From Dehalococcoidia bacterium (GTDB lineage Bacteria > Chloroflexota > Dehalococcoidia > SZUA-161 > SpSt-899), in assembly GCA_034434815.1 (NCBI GenBank), contig DAOTYO010000036.1:3673-67672 (forward strand): a DNA stretch of 64,000 nt, in the 5' to 3' direction. Numbering within the stretch: position 1 is the first letter of the stretch; each line of letters begins with the position of its first letter. The notes under the pieces are model-generated. The model was not told the origin of the DNA and searched no databases. It saw nothing but the letters and a program-made list of their open reading frames with translations. Position numbers and translations under genes: made by a program. Positions 26,682-38,991 of the stretch are shown here, piece after piece.

Positions 26682-27839
26682 TTACTGATCGTTTTCCACC
26701 ATCTCGCCGCCCACGTCGGTGCGCAGCGGCCGATCACCGGCCGGTGGCGGGGAAATGGGGGGGGATGAGGGCGCCGTCTCCGGCTCCGCGAAATAGATCT
26801 TCCGAGCTGGATACTGGATTTCGATTCCTTCTTCGTTGAAGCGCCGGTGAAGCGCTTTGATGAACTCGCTCTTCAGGGGGAAATGCGCCATGCGATTGAC
26901 CGCCTTGAGCACAACGGCGAAATCGATGTTCGAATCTCCGAAGTTCTTGAACCGCACCACCGGCTCGAAGTCCTTTGCCCCCTCCGGGAACTTCTGCATC
27001 ACCTCCCGAGCAACTTCCAAGGCCACTTTTTCGACCTTCTCGAGATCGCTATCGTAACTCACGCCGCATTCCACCCGGAACAGCATCGGGGGGCTGGGCA
27101 CTTCGAAATCCGTGACGATCGCTTCGGCCAACCTCGAGTTGGGCAGAACGATCAAGTTGCCATCCCAACTGCGGATCTTGGTGATGCGCCAGCCGATCTC
27201 CTCGACGTATCCCTCTTGGCCGCTGTCGAGCACGATGTAATGATCCTTGCGGATCACGGCGTCGGTGGTTACATAAGTGCCGGCCAAGAAATTGACCAAG
27301 GTGGGTTGAAGGGCGAGGGCTACCGCCAGTCCCCCGATGCCCAGGCCCGCGATCAAGGGGCTGATGTTCACGTTCAGGCGATCGAGGATGATCATGAAGG
27401 CGATGGAGTACACGATGACTTTCTCCACCCGTTTGAAAACCGGGAGGAGCTTATCGTCAATATCGGTATGGGTGCGGGTTGCGATCTCTGAGCCATACCA
27501 GCTCATGAGGGCGTCGATTATGCGGGCTACCGCCATGGCGGCGATGCCGATATACAGCACCACTGCCACCTTGTGGGCGATATCCTGATGCTTGTCGAGT
27601 TCGGGAACCTGAACGACGGCCAGCCATATCCCGAGAACGATGAAGCCAAGGAAGAGGGGGGTTCTCAGGGCGTTGATGATGAGATCGTCAAGGCTTGTTT
27701 TGGTTCGGTGGGCGATTAAAACAGTCAGTTGGGTGAGAATGAAACGGGAAGCAAAGGCGATCCCCAGAAACAGGAGGAAAATCCCACCTGAAATGGCCCA
27801 TCGGACCCAGGGGTCGAGTTCGCTCAGATCGATATCCAT
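26682..27839 (-). CDS. mechanosensitive ion channel, MscS family
   Basis: N-terminal TM helices, …LIAGLGIGGLAVALALQPTLVNFLAG… pore-lining TM3 motif, C-terminal beta domain. Confidence 0.9.
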   Translation of the reverse strand: MDIDLSELDPWVRWAISGGIFLLFLGIAFASRFILTQLTVLIAHRTKTSLDDLIINALRTPLFLGFIVLGIWLAVVQVPELDKHQDIAHKVAVVLYIGIAAMAVARIIDALMSWYGSEIATRTHTDIDDKLLPVFKRVEKVIVYSIAFMIILDRLNVNISPLIAGLGIGGLAVALALQPTLVNFLAGTYVTTDAVIRKDHYIVLDSGQEGYVEEIGWRITKIRSWDGNLIVLPNSRLAEAIVTDFEVPSPPMLFRVECGVSYDSDLEKVEKVALEVAREVMQKFPEGAKDFEPVVRFKNFGDSNIDFAVVLKAVNRMAHFPLKSEFIKALHRRFNEEGIEIQYPARKIYFAEPETAPSSPPISPPPAGDRPLRTDVGGEMVENDQ

Positions 27840-27876
27840 ACTTCATCTCCCGAAGACCGCTGAAGGATCTGAGATG

Positions 27877-28422
27877 CTAGAGGAGCGGTTTGCAGATAAT
27901 TTCGTGGATCTTCAGGGAGGTGAGCTTGGTGCTCGGGGCCGCCGTGACCACGAGGGCCGTATCCGCCCCCGCCCCGCTTCCCGCTACAGCGATGACCTTT
28001 TTCCCGATCTCCACACACCCGCCATCGCAGGCCATCAGGGAGATTTCCACACACACCTTCGTGCCCTGCCCGAAGATTCTGAGAAGATTGGCCATTGTCC
28101 GGGGGGCCTTCATGCCGTAGAAATCCTCGGTGTGGAACAACATCGTTCCGAAGTGGACGCGATGCCCTTCTTTCTGAAGCTCGGTGACCATCTGCGGCGG
28201 GAAGGGTTGCGCATCGCCGAAGCCGTATTGCCACGGGATCACCACGAGGTGCAGTCCACTCCCTTTGAAGGCGGCCGCCGCGGCCTTTGCCGTTTGCCCC
28301 CGCGTCGAGGCCAGCACTACGGTGTCGATGCCTCTGGCTTTTGCACGCGCCTTGACGAGTGAGAGCACCTCGGGGGTGTTCAGTTCCCCCGGCCGTTCGA
28401 AGTAAACGATCTTCTCTTCCAT
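27877..28422 (-). CDS. stand-alone pyruvate kinase C-terminal (alpha/beta) domain-like protein
   Basis: 181 aa; resembles PK_C-only proteins (…TVVLASTRGQTA…GAGADTALVVTA…). Low-confidence family assignment from memory. Confidence 0.4.
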   Translation of the reverse strand: MEEKIVYFERPGELNTPEVLSLVKARAKARGIDTVVLASTRGQTAKAAAAAFKGSGLHLVVIPWQYGFGDAQPFPPQMVTELQKEGHRVHFGTMLFHTEDFYGMKAPRTMANLLRIFGQGTKVCVEISLMACDGGCVEIGKKVIAVAGSGAGADTALVVTAAPSTKLTSLKIHEIICKPLL

Positions 28423-28449
28423 GATGCGTGAGACCTCCCGTTCGAAGTT

Positions 28450-29991
28450 CTAATGTCGGAAGTGTCGTACCCCGGTGAAGAGCATGGCCATATTATAACG
28501 GTCCGCCATTTCGATGACGATCTCGTCCCTCACCGATCCGCCCGGATGAACCACGGCGGTCACCCCGCCCTTGGCCGCCACCTCGATGCCATCCGGGAAC
28601 GGGAACATGGCATCGGAGGCCAAGACGGCTCCTTTGGCCCTTTCCCCTGCTTTTTTCAGCGCAATTTCCACGCTGTCCACGCGACTCGGCTGACCGGCCC
28701 CCATCCCGAGGAGTGTGGTGCCGGTGGCGATAACGATGGCATTGGACTTGACGTGTTTGGCCACTTTCCACGCAAAGGCAAGGCCCCCGAGTTCATCTTG
28801 GCTCGGTGCGCGTTTGCTCACTTGCCGCCATCTCCTCGGGTCCTCTTCAATGGCATCGGGGGTTTGAACGAGGAATCCGCCGCTCACCCGACGGTAGTCG
28901 AACGAACCGGCGGGGGAAGGCCGCCCCACGGATCCCATCTCCAGAACGCGGAGGTCCTTTTTTGTTTTGAGGATCTCGAACGCCTCCGGCCGGTAGGCGG
29001 GGGCGATGATGATCTCGTAGAAGGTCTTGACGATTTCCTCGGCGAGAGAGCGGTCCACGGGCCGATTGATGGCCACTATCCCGCCGAAAGCGGAAACGGG
29101 ATCGCCGGCCAGTGCCCTCCGGTAGGCCTCGGCCAGATCGGGATGGCAGGCCAGGCCGCAGGGATTCGTATGTTTGATGATGGCCACGGTGGGCTCCGGA
29201 AAGTCGGTGGCGGCATTCCACGCCGCATCGGCATCCAGAATGTTGTTAAAGGAAAGCTCCTTGCCCCACAGTTGTTTGGCTTGGGCCATGGTATCGCTGC
29301 GGAATTGACCGCCGATCCGTTGCTCTTGATAGAAGGCCGCCGATTGGTGTGGGTTCTCCCCATAGCGCAAGCCGAAGCGCTTCTTGAGGGCGATGGTCAT
29401 CTCCTCGGGGAATCCCGGGAAATCCATCCCGAGGTACTGAGCGATCGCCGTATCGTACACGGCCACGTGTTGAAAAGCCTTCTGGGCAAGCCGCTTGCGG
29501 TCCGCCATGGCGATCGCGCCGGTGCGCAGCTTTTGCAGAACATCGGGGTAGTCGGCCGGGTCCACCACCACAAGGACGTGCGGGAAATTCTTGGCCGCCG
29601 CGCGGATAAGGGTTGGTCCGCCGATATCGATGTTCTCGAGGGCATCGGCAAGGCTCACCCCCGACTTGGAGACGGTCTGTACGAACGGATAAAGGTTGAC
29701 CACCACCATGTCAATGGGCATGATGCGGTTCTGAGAAAGTTCCTTCATGTGAGAAGGGAGATCGCGCCGTGCTAGAATCCCGCCGTGAACGGCGGGGTGA
29801 AGCGTCTTGACCCGCCCGTCGAGGATTTCGGGGAAGCCCGTGAGTTCGCTGATGCTTCGCGCCGGAATGCCCGCCTCGGCTAAAGCTTTGTGAGTTCCCC
29901 CCGTGCTGTAGATCTGCACCTTGAGGTCTGCCAATCCCCGGGCAAAATCGGCTAGACCGCTCTTATCCGAGACGCTGATGATCGCCTTCAT
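28450..29991 (-). CDS. purH: bifunctional AICAR transformylase / IMP cyclohydrolase
   Basis: …[10 protein letters not shown]…STGGT… MGS-like N-terminus and AICARFT domain (…GGIVAINRP…); 513 aa. Confidence 0.95.
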   Translation of the reverse strand: MKAIISVSDKSGLADFARGLADLKVQIYSTGGTHKALAEAGIPARSISELTGFPEILDGRVKTLHPAVHGGILARRDLPSHMKELSQNRIMPIDMVVVNLYPFVQTVSKSGVSLADALENIDIGGPTLIRAAAKNFPHVLVVVDPADYPDVLQKLRTGAIAMADRKRLAQKAFQHVAVYDTAIAQYLGMDFPGFPEEMTIALKKRFGLRYGENPHQSAAFYQEQRIGGQFRSDTMAQAKQLWGKELSFNNILDADAAWNAATDFPEPTVAIIKHTNPCGLACHPDLAEAYRRALAGDPVSAFGGIVAINRPVDRSLAEEIVKTFYEIIIAPAYRPEAFEILKTKKDLRVLEMGSVGRPSPAGSFDYRRVSGGFLVQTPDAIEEDPRRWRQVSKRAPSQDELGGLAFAWKVAKHVKSNAIVIATGTTLLGMGAGQPSRVDSVEIALKKAGERAKGAVLASDAMFPFPDGIEVAAKGGVTAVVHPGGSVRDEIVIEMADRYNMAMLFTGVRHFRH

Positions 29992-30062
29992 TTGGAAACC
30001 TCCGCAAGCAAAACCGAGATGATTATATCAGAAGAAAGGGGATTCTTACTGCAAGGAAGAAT

Positions 30063-30260
30063 CCCCCAAAAGAGCGATTGGAGAAGAGGGTGCAAAAGAT
30101 ACTTCTCTAGGGGGGATGTCCCCCAAGAAACTCTTTGGGTGGGAGCAAAGAAGCCGATCGTTCATGGGGAATGGAGGAATTCCGGGGCAAGGTCCGGATG
30201 GGGTGATCATGTGGTTCGTCACCCGAGGGTGAAGACTCCAAAGCGGGATCGGCTTTTTGG
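30063..30260 (+). mobile_element. MITE-like repeat, copy B
   Basis: CCCCCAAAAGAGCGATTGGAGAAGAGGGTGCAAAAGATAC…GATCGTTCATGG…GGAATTCCGGGGCAAGGTCCG…TCACCCGAGGGTGAAGACTCCAAAGCGGGATCGGCTTTTTGG. Same architecture as copy A; 3' inverted repeat degenerate. Confidence 0.65.
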
Positions 30261-30469
30261 CAAGCCCGGCGATTCTGAGTGGGCTGAAGGGGTGGGGGGA
30301 GCGACGGTCGGGCGGTTCTCCCCTTGTTTTGGGTGGTATCCGGAAATACCGGGAGGGTTGTACCGACCCCCCGTAGGGATGAAGGGCCTTGCTAGTGGGG
30401 CGTTGGAAGCGTATAATGCGCTCAGATTAGAATTTATCACAATCGCTGTTGGGATGGTGATCGTGGGGT

Positions 30470-32269
30470 GTGATCGAGGGGAGAGAATGTGAGCCCGGGG
30501 AGCCCCGGCTCAGTGATCGGAAGGACGAGATGCCGAACGGAAGTGAGATCGCGTTCTCCCGGGTGGAGCGAGGGCCGAGGGGGTCGGCGCGAAGACCTCC
30601 GGGGGAAATGCTCCGCGAGTGCGAGGCGCGGTATCAGATGCTGATCGAGACGGCGAGCCGGGCCGGTCAGGGGATCGGGATTTTTCAGGATCGGCAAGGG
30701 GTGGAGGCGATGTGCGTATTCGCCAATGATGCGTTTGCGCACATGCTGGGATACCGGCCGGAAGAGCTTGTAGGGAGACCTATGCGCGAGTTGCTCCCAT
30801 CCGATCTCGAGGAGGTCATCCTTGAGCGCTATCGGAAGCGTCAGGCGGGAGAGCCCGTGCCGCCTGTGTATGAGATGCGGGTTACGCGGCGGGGTGGTGA
30901 CTCCGTTTGTTTGGAAGTCGGGGTGGGGGTCACGAGTTTTCAGGGCTGTCCGGCATCGGTGGCCTTTATGAGGGATGTCACCGATCGAAAGTTGGTGATG
31001 GAATCCCTTCAGCGGCGGATCAGGTTCGAACGCGTCATTTCGGAGATCTCCGCACGCTTTGTGAGCGGTCGGGATGTGGATTCGAACATTGTCGCCTCGC
31101 TGGCGGATATCGGGGGCATCACGGGAGCGGATCGGGCCTATCTATTCCTTTTCCGAGCGGGAGGCGCCGTAATTGACAATACGCACGAATGGTGTGCCGA
31201 AGGCGTTGTTCCCCAGAAGGATCGTCTCCAGAATGTGCCCTGTGAACCCTACCAATGGTGGTTGCGCAAGATGCATCGCCGTGAAGTGATCCATGTGCCC
31301 GATGTCTCGAAGATGCCCGGGGAGGCCGCGGCCGAAAAAGCGCTGGTGGAAAGCCAGGATATCAAGTCGTTCGTGCTGGTGCCCGTGTTTGTGGGGGGTG
31401 AGTTGGGGGGGATGATCGGATTGGATAATGTCTGCGAGGCGGTGCCTTGGAGTGAAGATGACCTGACCGTGCTGCGGATTTCCGGGGAGATCATCGGCAA
31501 TGCAATTGAACGGGAGCGTGCTCAGAGACGGGAGGTGGAGACCCAAGCTCTCAAGGAGTTGGACCGGTTGAGGAGCCAGTTCATAGCGGCCGTTTCTCAT
31601 GAGGTGCGCACGCCGTTGACCACGATCAAGGGATACGCCTCTATGCTTCTGGAAGAGGATCGAGCCGGGAGACTAAGGGGGGGATTCGATCAGCCGCTCA
31701 CAGCGATCATTCGTGCGGCGGACCGTCTTACGGGTATTGTGGATACGCTTCTTGACTTTTCGCAATTGGAAAGGGGGGTTCTCAAACTGGAAGCAGTGCC
31801 GGTAGATCTCGGAGAGGTATTGCGGATGGCCGTCGCCCAGGCCCGCTTGCAAGCTCCCCGCCATCGCATTCACGACGAGATCCCTTCGGCACTTCCGAAG
31901 GTCCGGGCCGAGCCGAGGCGTGTTCGGCAGATCGTAGATAACCTCTTCAGTAATGCGCTCAAGTACTCATCTGAAGGGACCACGATAACCGTGCGGGCGT
32001 GCCCGCAAGAGGACAACTTTGTGGCGGTGAGTATCGCGGATGAGGGGATCGGCATTCCGGAGAAGGACTTGCCGCGCGTGTTCGATCCCTTGTTCCATAT
32101 GGGCAGAAAGAAACGGCCCTCGATCGATGGTGTGGGTTTGGGCCTTGCCATCTCGAAAGGCCTTGTGGAAGCCCAAGGCGGCCGAATGTGGATTGAAAGC
32201 GCAGAGGGCAAGGGGACGGTTTGCTCCTTTACCCTTCCGCTCTGGGATGAAGAGAAAGAGAGCGGTTAA
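30470..32269 (+). CDS. sensor histidine kinase (PAS-GAF-HisKA-HATPase)
   Basis: H-box …SHEVRTPLTTIKG…, N/G boxes …NLFSNALKYS…, …DEGIGIP…, …GVGLGLAI…; upstream PAS/GAF-like regions. The true start may be the ATG at 30530. Confidence 0.85.
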   Translation: MIEGRECEPGEPRLSDRKDEMPNGSEIAFSRVERGPRGSARRPPGEMLRECEARYQMLIETASRAGQGIGIFQDRQGVEAMCVFANDAFAHMLGYRPEELVGRPMRELLPSDLEEVILERYRKRQAGEPVPPVYEMRVTRRGGDSVCLEVGVGVTSFQGCPASVAFMRDVTDRKLVMESLQRRIRFERVISEISARFVSGRDVDSNIVASLADIGGITGADRAYLFLFRAGGAVIDNTHEWCAEGVVPQKDRLQNVPCEPYQWWLRKMHRREVIHVPDVSKMPGEAAAEKALVESQDIKSFVLVPVFVGGELGGMIGLDNVCEAVPWSEDDLTVLRISGEIIGNAIERERAQRREVETQALKELDRLRSQFIAAVSHEVRTPLTTIKGYASMLLEEDRAGRLRGGFDQPLTAIIRAADRLTGIVDTLLDFSQLERGVLKLEAVPVDLGEVLRMAVAQARLQAPRHRIHDEIPSALPKVRAEPRRVRQIVDNLFSNALKYSSEGTTITVRACPQEDNFVAVSIADEGIGIPEKDLPRVFDPLFHMGRKKRPSIDGVGLGLAISKGLVEAQGGRMWIESAEGKGTVCSFTLPLWDEEKESG

Positions 32270-32325
32270 TGGCGCGGCCTTTGGGTTGCGCCTTGCCGAT
32301 GATAACGAGAAGAAGGAGGATATCT

Positions 32326-33030
32326 GTGCCCCCCAAAGAACCTTCCGTATTGATCGTCGAAGATGATCCCGATGTGTTGCACATGATTCAAGAGATCCTT
32401 GAGCAGAAAGGGTATCGCGTGTTCACTGCCACTGATGGCGAAAGCGCTATCGGGGCTGTCGGCAAGCTGAACCCGGATGTGGTTTTGCTGGACTTGATGT
32501 TGCCCGGGATGGATGGGTATGAAGTGTGCGAGCGGATTCGCAAATTCTCTGAAATCCCGATCATCATTGTTTCGGCCAAGGTGGAGGATGAGGACAAAGT
32601 CAAGGGGCTCGATAGCGGCGCCGATGACTATCTGACCAAACCCTTCTCGGCGTCCGAGCTTGTGGCCCGGATTCGGGCGGCCCTTCGCCGTCCCTCCCTC
32701 AAGAAAGAAGGGGCGCAAACCACTTTTCAGGTTGAAGACCTTGTCATTGACTTTGCCCGCCGCCGTGTGACGGTGGGTGGGAAGTTGGTGCCCGTCACAA
32801 CGATCGAATACAAGCTGATATCCCATCTAGCTTTGAATGCCGGGCGGGTGGTGCCCGCCGATGAGCTTCTCGAAGCGATATGGGGGAAGGATGCCACGGG
32901 GAACCATCACTTGCTGCAGGTGAACGTGGCCCGGCTTCGCATAAAGCTCGGTGAAGAGAAGGGGAACCGGAAGTATATTCGGACGGAACATGGCACGGGC
33001 TATCTGATGGTCAAAGAGCCGGGAGGGTAG
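32326..33030 (+). CDS. OmpR-family response regulator (REC + winged helix)
   Basis: …LIVEDDPDV…LLDLMLPGMDG… receiver motifs and a C-terminal …TIEYKLISHLA…GTGY… wHTH. GTG start after AGGAGGA (the ORF track offers 32269). Confidence 0.85.
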   Translation: MPPKEPSVLIVEDDPDVLHMIQEILEQKGYRVFTATDGESAIGAVGKLNPDVVLLDLMLPGMDGYEVCERIRKFSEIPIIIVSAKVEDEDKVKGLDSGADDYLTKPFSASELVARIRAALRRPSLKKEGAQTTFQVEDLVIDFARRRVTVGGKLVPVTTIEYKLISHLALNAGRVVPADELLEAIWGKDATGNHHLLQVNVARLRIKLGEEKGNRKYIRTEHGTGYLMVKEPGG

Positions 33031-33212
33031 AAGGGAAAACTGCTTATCCCCTTCGGGTATTTCCGGGCGTGCCGCTTTCACGGTGTTCTTCGGTGGGTTC
33101 GTGGATTGTCGCCATCCGGTGAGAGGCGGTCATGGTGTTGGGTTCAGTGATAGGCAAATGTACGTTTGGCAATGCTTGGCTGTCCTCATATTTTTTGGGG
33201 GCAATGGACTAT

Positions 33213-33240
33213 TGACAACCCATACCTCTTGTGCTAGCAT
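33213..33240 (+). promoter_or_regulatory. promoter-like TTGACA-16-TAGCAT upstream of the 23S rRNA
   Basis: Consensus -35. The -10 is 4/6 and the spacer 16 nt, so this is a weaker call. Confidence 0.35.
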
Positions 33241-33329
33241 TCAATAGTGCCGAAAGGCATAGAGGAGTGTAGAAACAAACGTGAGTCGCCCGGGAAGTTA
33301 AAAGGCCTGAGAAGGCTTGATGCGGACCA

Positions 33330-33368
33330 AGTAGCGGCTTGGAAAACATCAGGCCGCTACTTTTTTGT
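33330..33368 (+). terminator. terminator-like hairpin + U tract in the 23S leader
   Basis: AGTAGCGGC-N13-GCCGCTACT followed by TTTTTTGT, ~60 nt upstream of the mature 23S 5' end. Confidence 0.45.
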
Positions 33369-33426
33369 GTAGAGGGCGATTCGCGGAGCACCTTAACAAG
33401 TGAATAAGGTTTCTCTTTTCGATCCT

Positions 33427-36420
<2,994 letters not shown>

Positions 36421-36444
36421 GTCGAAAGAGAAACCTTATCCCAT

Positions 36445-36519
36445 CGCGGGGTGGAGCAGTGGAAGCTCGTCGGGCTCATAACCCGAAGGCCGTTGGTTCG
36501 AATCCAACCCCCGCTACCA
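36445..36519 (+). tRNA. tRNA-Met (CAU), initiator type
   Basis: CGCGGGGTGGAGCAGTGGAAGCTCGTCGGGCTCATAACCCGAAGGCCGTTGGTTCGAATCCAACCCCCGCTACCA has a C1:U72 mismatch and three G-C pairs closing the anticodon stem. It is near-identical to E. coli tRNA-fMet. CCA is encoded. Confidence 0.85.
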
Positions 36520-36534
36520 GTTTTGAACATTGGC

Positions 36535-36571
36535 TCTCTGGGGAACTTCCCCGGAGGGCCTTTTGTTTTTT
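36535..36571. terminator. intrinsic terminator after tRNA-fMet (possibly bidirectional)
   Basis: CTCTGGGG-AACTT-CCCCGGAG hairpin followed by GGCCTTTTGTTTTTT. Confidence 0.55.
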
Positions 36572-36604
36572 GAGGCCGTGAAAGTGGTTTTCACCGGAGA
36601 ATCA

Positions 36605-37114
36605 TTATGTTCTGGCCTCGCTCCCCCAACACGGCGGACGGGCCGTGGGAATGCTGCGGGCGAACCTTGCCACTTTGGGCTTCACCAGTCGTGCAAAATC
36701 CTTGTAGGCGATCCTCATGACCTCCGTATGCGAACCCGCATTGAATGTGATCCGCTCTTCTGATGCGAGGGCCTCCTCCACATATACCTCTATCCCATAG
36801 AGGTTCCCAAATGGCGGCATGGCCCCCACCGTACATCCGGGGAACATGTCCTTGAATTCCTGTTCGCGAGCAAGCTCCACTGTCCTTGCCCCAATAGCCT
36901 CTTTGAGAAGGAGGAGATCCACCCGCTGGGATGCTGGCAGAACGGTCATGATCAGTCTTCCATCCGCCTTGATCATGACCGTTTTGGCCAGTTCTCGGCC
37001 GGGAATATGCGTGGCCGCCGCGATCTCCTGAGCCGTGTAGACGGTCGCGTGTTTGATGCATTCGTAGCTTACACCGTAATCCTCTAGGAATTCTTTTAAC
37101 TGTTGGGTGGGCAT
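36605..37114 (-). CDS. YbaK/ProX-type aminoacyl-tRNA deacylase
   Basis: 169 aa, …HATVYTAQE…, …KTVMIKADGRLIMTVLP… and …GAMPPFGNLYG… are typical of the YbaK editing domain. Confidence 0.7.
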   Translation of the reverse strand: MPTQQLKEFLEDYGVSYECIKHATVYTAQEIAAATHIPGRELAKTVMIKADGRLIMTVLPASQRVDLLLLKEAIGARTVELAREQEFKDMFPGCTVGAMPPFGNLYGIEVYVEEALASEERITFNAGSHTEVMRIAYKDFARLVKPKVARFARSIPTARPPCWGSEART

Positions 37115-37180
37115 GAGAAGACCTCCTTTGAATTTGGCGTTGCATCGCCCGGCTGATCTGTGGCCATAGGCTTGAGTGGT

Positions 37181-37789
37181 CTATTCTGAGAAGGCACTGA
37201 CCGCTTTCCCCTCCGCCCATTCCTCCCCCAGAGCGGACCGCCACTCCAACATCTCCCGTCTGAATGTCTCGTATTCTTGCTCCAGGGCACGATAGATGCG
37301 GGCATTCTCCAGTGCGATCGCCCCCAAGTTGGCCGCGGCGCTCACAAAGTAAATATCCCCTTCGGTGAACTCGTAGGGTTCGGCGGTGTAAATCCTGATC
37401 ACCCCGATGGTCTCATCTCGCAGCTTGATCGGTACCGAAAGGATGGAAGCGATCCCTTCCCTGCGCGCTTGCTCCCGATACTGAATCCGCTCATCCTCAG
37501 CGGCATTCACCGCCGCCACCGGTTTGCCCGAGAGGGCTTCCGAAAGACTCTTGTCCACGGATACGGGCCCCTTTCGGATATATGCATCGCTCAAACCGTA
37601 GGCGATGGTATGAAGCAAGTGCTTTCTATCGGGTGAGAGAAGCATGATCGAACATCCCTTCGCCCCCATGATGGTGGCCACCTTCCTTACGAGGTATCGC
37701 AGCACGGCCGCCGGCGTGCCCGCGGAATTCACTTTGGCCGCAATCTCATACAGACCCTCATAGTATTTGCGCTCCGCTGTTACTGTCAT
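37181..37789 (-). CDS. GAF-domain protein
   Basis: …GAKGCSIMLLSPD… and …IASILSVPIKLRDETIGVIRIYT… match the GAF fold; no output domain. Confidence 0.6.
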   Translation of the reverse strand: MTVTAERKYYEGLYEIAAKVNSAGTPAAVLRYLVRKVATIMGAKGCSIMLLSPDRKHLLHTIAYGLSDAYIRKGPVSVDKSLSEALSGKPVAAVNAAEDERIQYREQARREGIASILSVPIKLRDETIGVIRIYTAEPYEFTEGDIYFVSAAANLGAIALENARIYRALEQEYETFRREMLEWRSALGEEWAEGKAVSAFSE

Positions 37790-38014
37790 GATATCCCTGC
37801 CTTTCTCGGCTCTTGGCCGATCGTTCTATGGATGTCTAGGATTTGGTCCGACTGTGAGCCCATTATGGGCGTTCCCTCTTCAAAGTGTCATCCGCCGAAA
37901 AGATGGCTTTCGTCTACTTCGATGCCGACTGCCCCTGCCGCAAGCGGACGTTTTTGGCGCCGGATCGTCTCAGTCGAATTAAGCAATTAACACATCATTC
38001 ATTAAGCAACTATA

Positions 38015-38043
38015 TCGACAAGCGCTCCGTAATGTGATATGAT
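38015..38043 (+). promoter_or_regulatory. sigma70-like promoter TCGACA-17-TATGAT for the LuxR-type regulator
   Basis: Sits in an AT-rich region with the direct repeats ATTAAGCAA(T/C)TA x2 overlapping the -35. Confidence 0.4.
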
Positions 38044-38131
38044 GCTCCTACCCCTTGAAGATGTGCGGCAACGCTTGCCCTTTTTCTATATTGTTCTTAT
38101 ATGAATTTTATCTGGCGGCGGGTGATGCACC

Positions 38132-38794
38132 ATGGAGGATATCCGGATACTCATCGCCGAGGAGCATGGGATCTTCCGCGAAACGCTCCGCACGTTCCTT
38201 GAACTTGAAGAGGGATTTCAAGTCGTGGGGGAGGCGGAGGATGGCGAGGATCTCGTACGGCAAGCGATCGCTCTCAAGCCGGACGTGATCCTCATGGATG
38301 TGATCATGCCGAAGCTCAACGGCATCGAGGCGACGAAGCGGATCAAGTCCTTTTTGCCCTCGACGGCCATTCTCATCTTGACGGCCCATAGTTACGAAGC
38401 CTATGTGTTGGCGGTTCTCAAGGCGGGAGCGGCGGGGTTTCTTTCCAAGGGGTCGCGCGGCAAGGACCTCATTGCGGCGATCAAGGCGGTTCGAGTCGGA
38501 GAGCCGGTAGTGGATCAGACGGCGGCCTTCAAGATTCTGACCCGTCTTCTCTCGGTCACCGAATCGAACCGGCACGGCGCGCTCGATGAGATGCACGAAC
38601 GCGAATTGGAAGTGTTGAGACTCGCCGCCAAGGGCTTGACCAATCGAGAAATCGCTCAGGAGCTTTCCATCAGCGAGCGAACGGTGCAGACCCACTTCAT
38701 CAATATCTTCCGGAAACTCAATGTCGGTTCCCGCACCGAAGCCGTTCTCCGTTCCCTCAAGGAAGGTTGGCTTTCTATGGAGGACCTGCCTTGA
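38132..38794 (+). CDS. NarL/FixJ-family response regulator (REC + LuxR HTH)
   Basis: …ILIAEEH…ILMDVIMPKLNG… receiver and a C-terminal …LTNREIAQELSISERTVQTH… LuxR-type HTH. Confidence 0.85.
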   Translation: MEDIRILIAEEHGIFRETLRTFLELEEGFQVVGEAEDGEDLVRQAIALKPDVILMDVIMPKLNGIEATKRIKSFLPSTAILILTAHSYEAYVLAVLKAGAAGFLSKGSRGKDLIAAIKAVRVGEPVVDQTAAFKILTRLLSVTESNRHGALDEMHERELEVLRLAAKGLTNREIAQELSISERTVQTHFINIFRKLNVGSRTEAVLRSLKEGWLSMEDLP

Positions 38795-38914
38795 GGCCTT
38801 TGACGATCTAGGGGGCCTCGCTTTGTTCCGCTCACTGCGGACCTTGTCCCGGAATCTTCCATATCCGATGAACGATCGTGCTTCTCCGATCGTGTTTTGG
38901 GAGGAGATCGCTTA

Positions 38915-38943
38915 TTGAACCCGTTTGCGAGTGGTGCTATACT
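38915..38943 (+). promoter_or_regulatory. sigma70-like promoter TTGAAC-17-TATACT upstream of lysC
   Basis: Hexamers with 17-nt spacer, ~50 nt before the lysC ATG. Confidence 0.4.
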
Positions 38944-38991
38944 AGCTTCCGCATTTCGGTTCTGCGGGTCTGACCCGCGAGGAAAGAGAGT

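Noticed and set aside
28453-29775. 440-aa + strand ORF antisense to purH
   Set aside because: purH on the minus strand is unambiguous. The + ORF translation is Gly/His/Arg/Asp-rich low complexity.
36520-36605. Possible 5S rRNA immediately downstream of the 23S/tRNA-fMet
   Set aside because: The 85-nt gap contains only a terminator hairpin + U tract and is too short for a ~115-nt 5S rRNA. No 5S-like conserved loops were seen in 33030-33426 either.
38055-38131. Weak hairpin (GGCAA-CGC-TTGCC + CTTTTTCTAT) in the 5' UTR of the LuxR-type regulator
   Set aside because: The stem is only 5 bp and poorly GC-clamped. It is not convincing as an attenuator/terminator without structural or transcript evidence.
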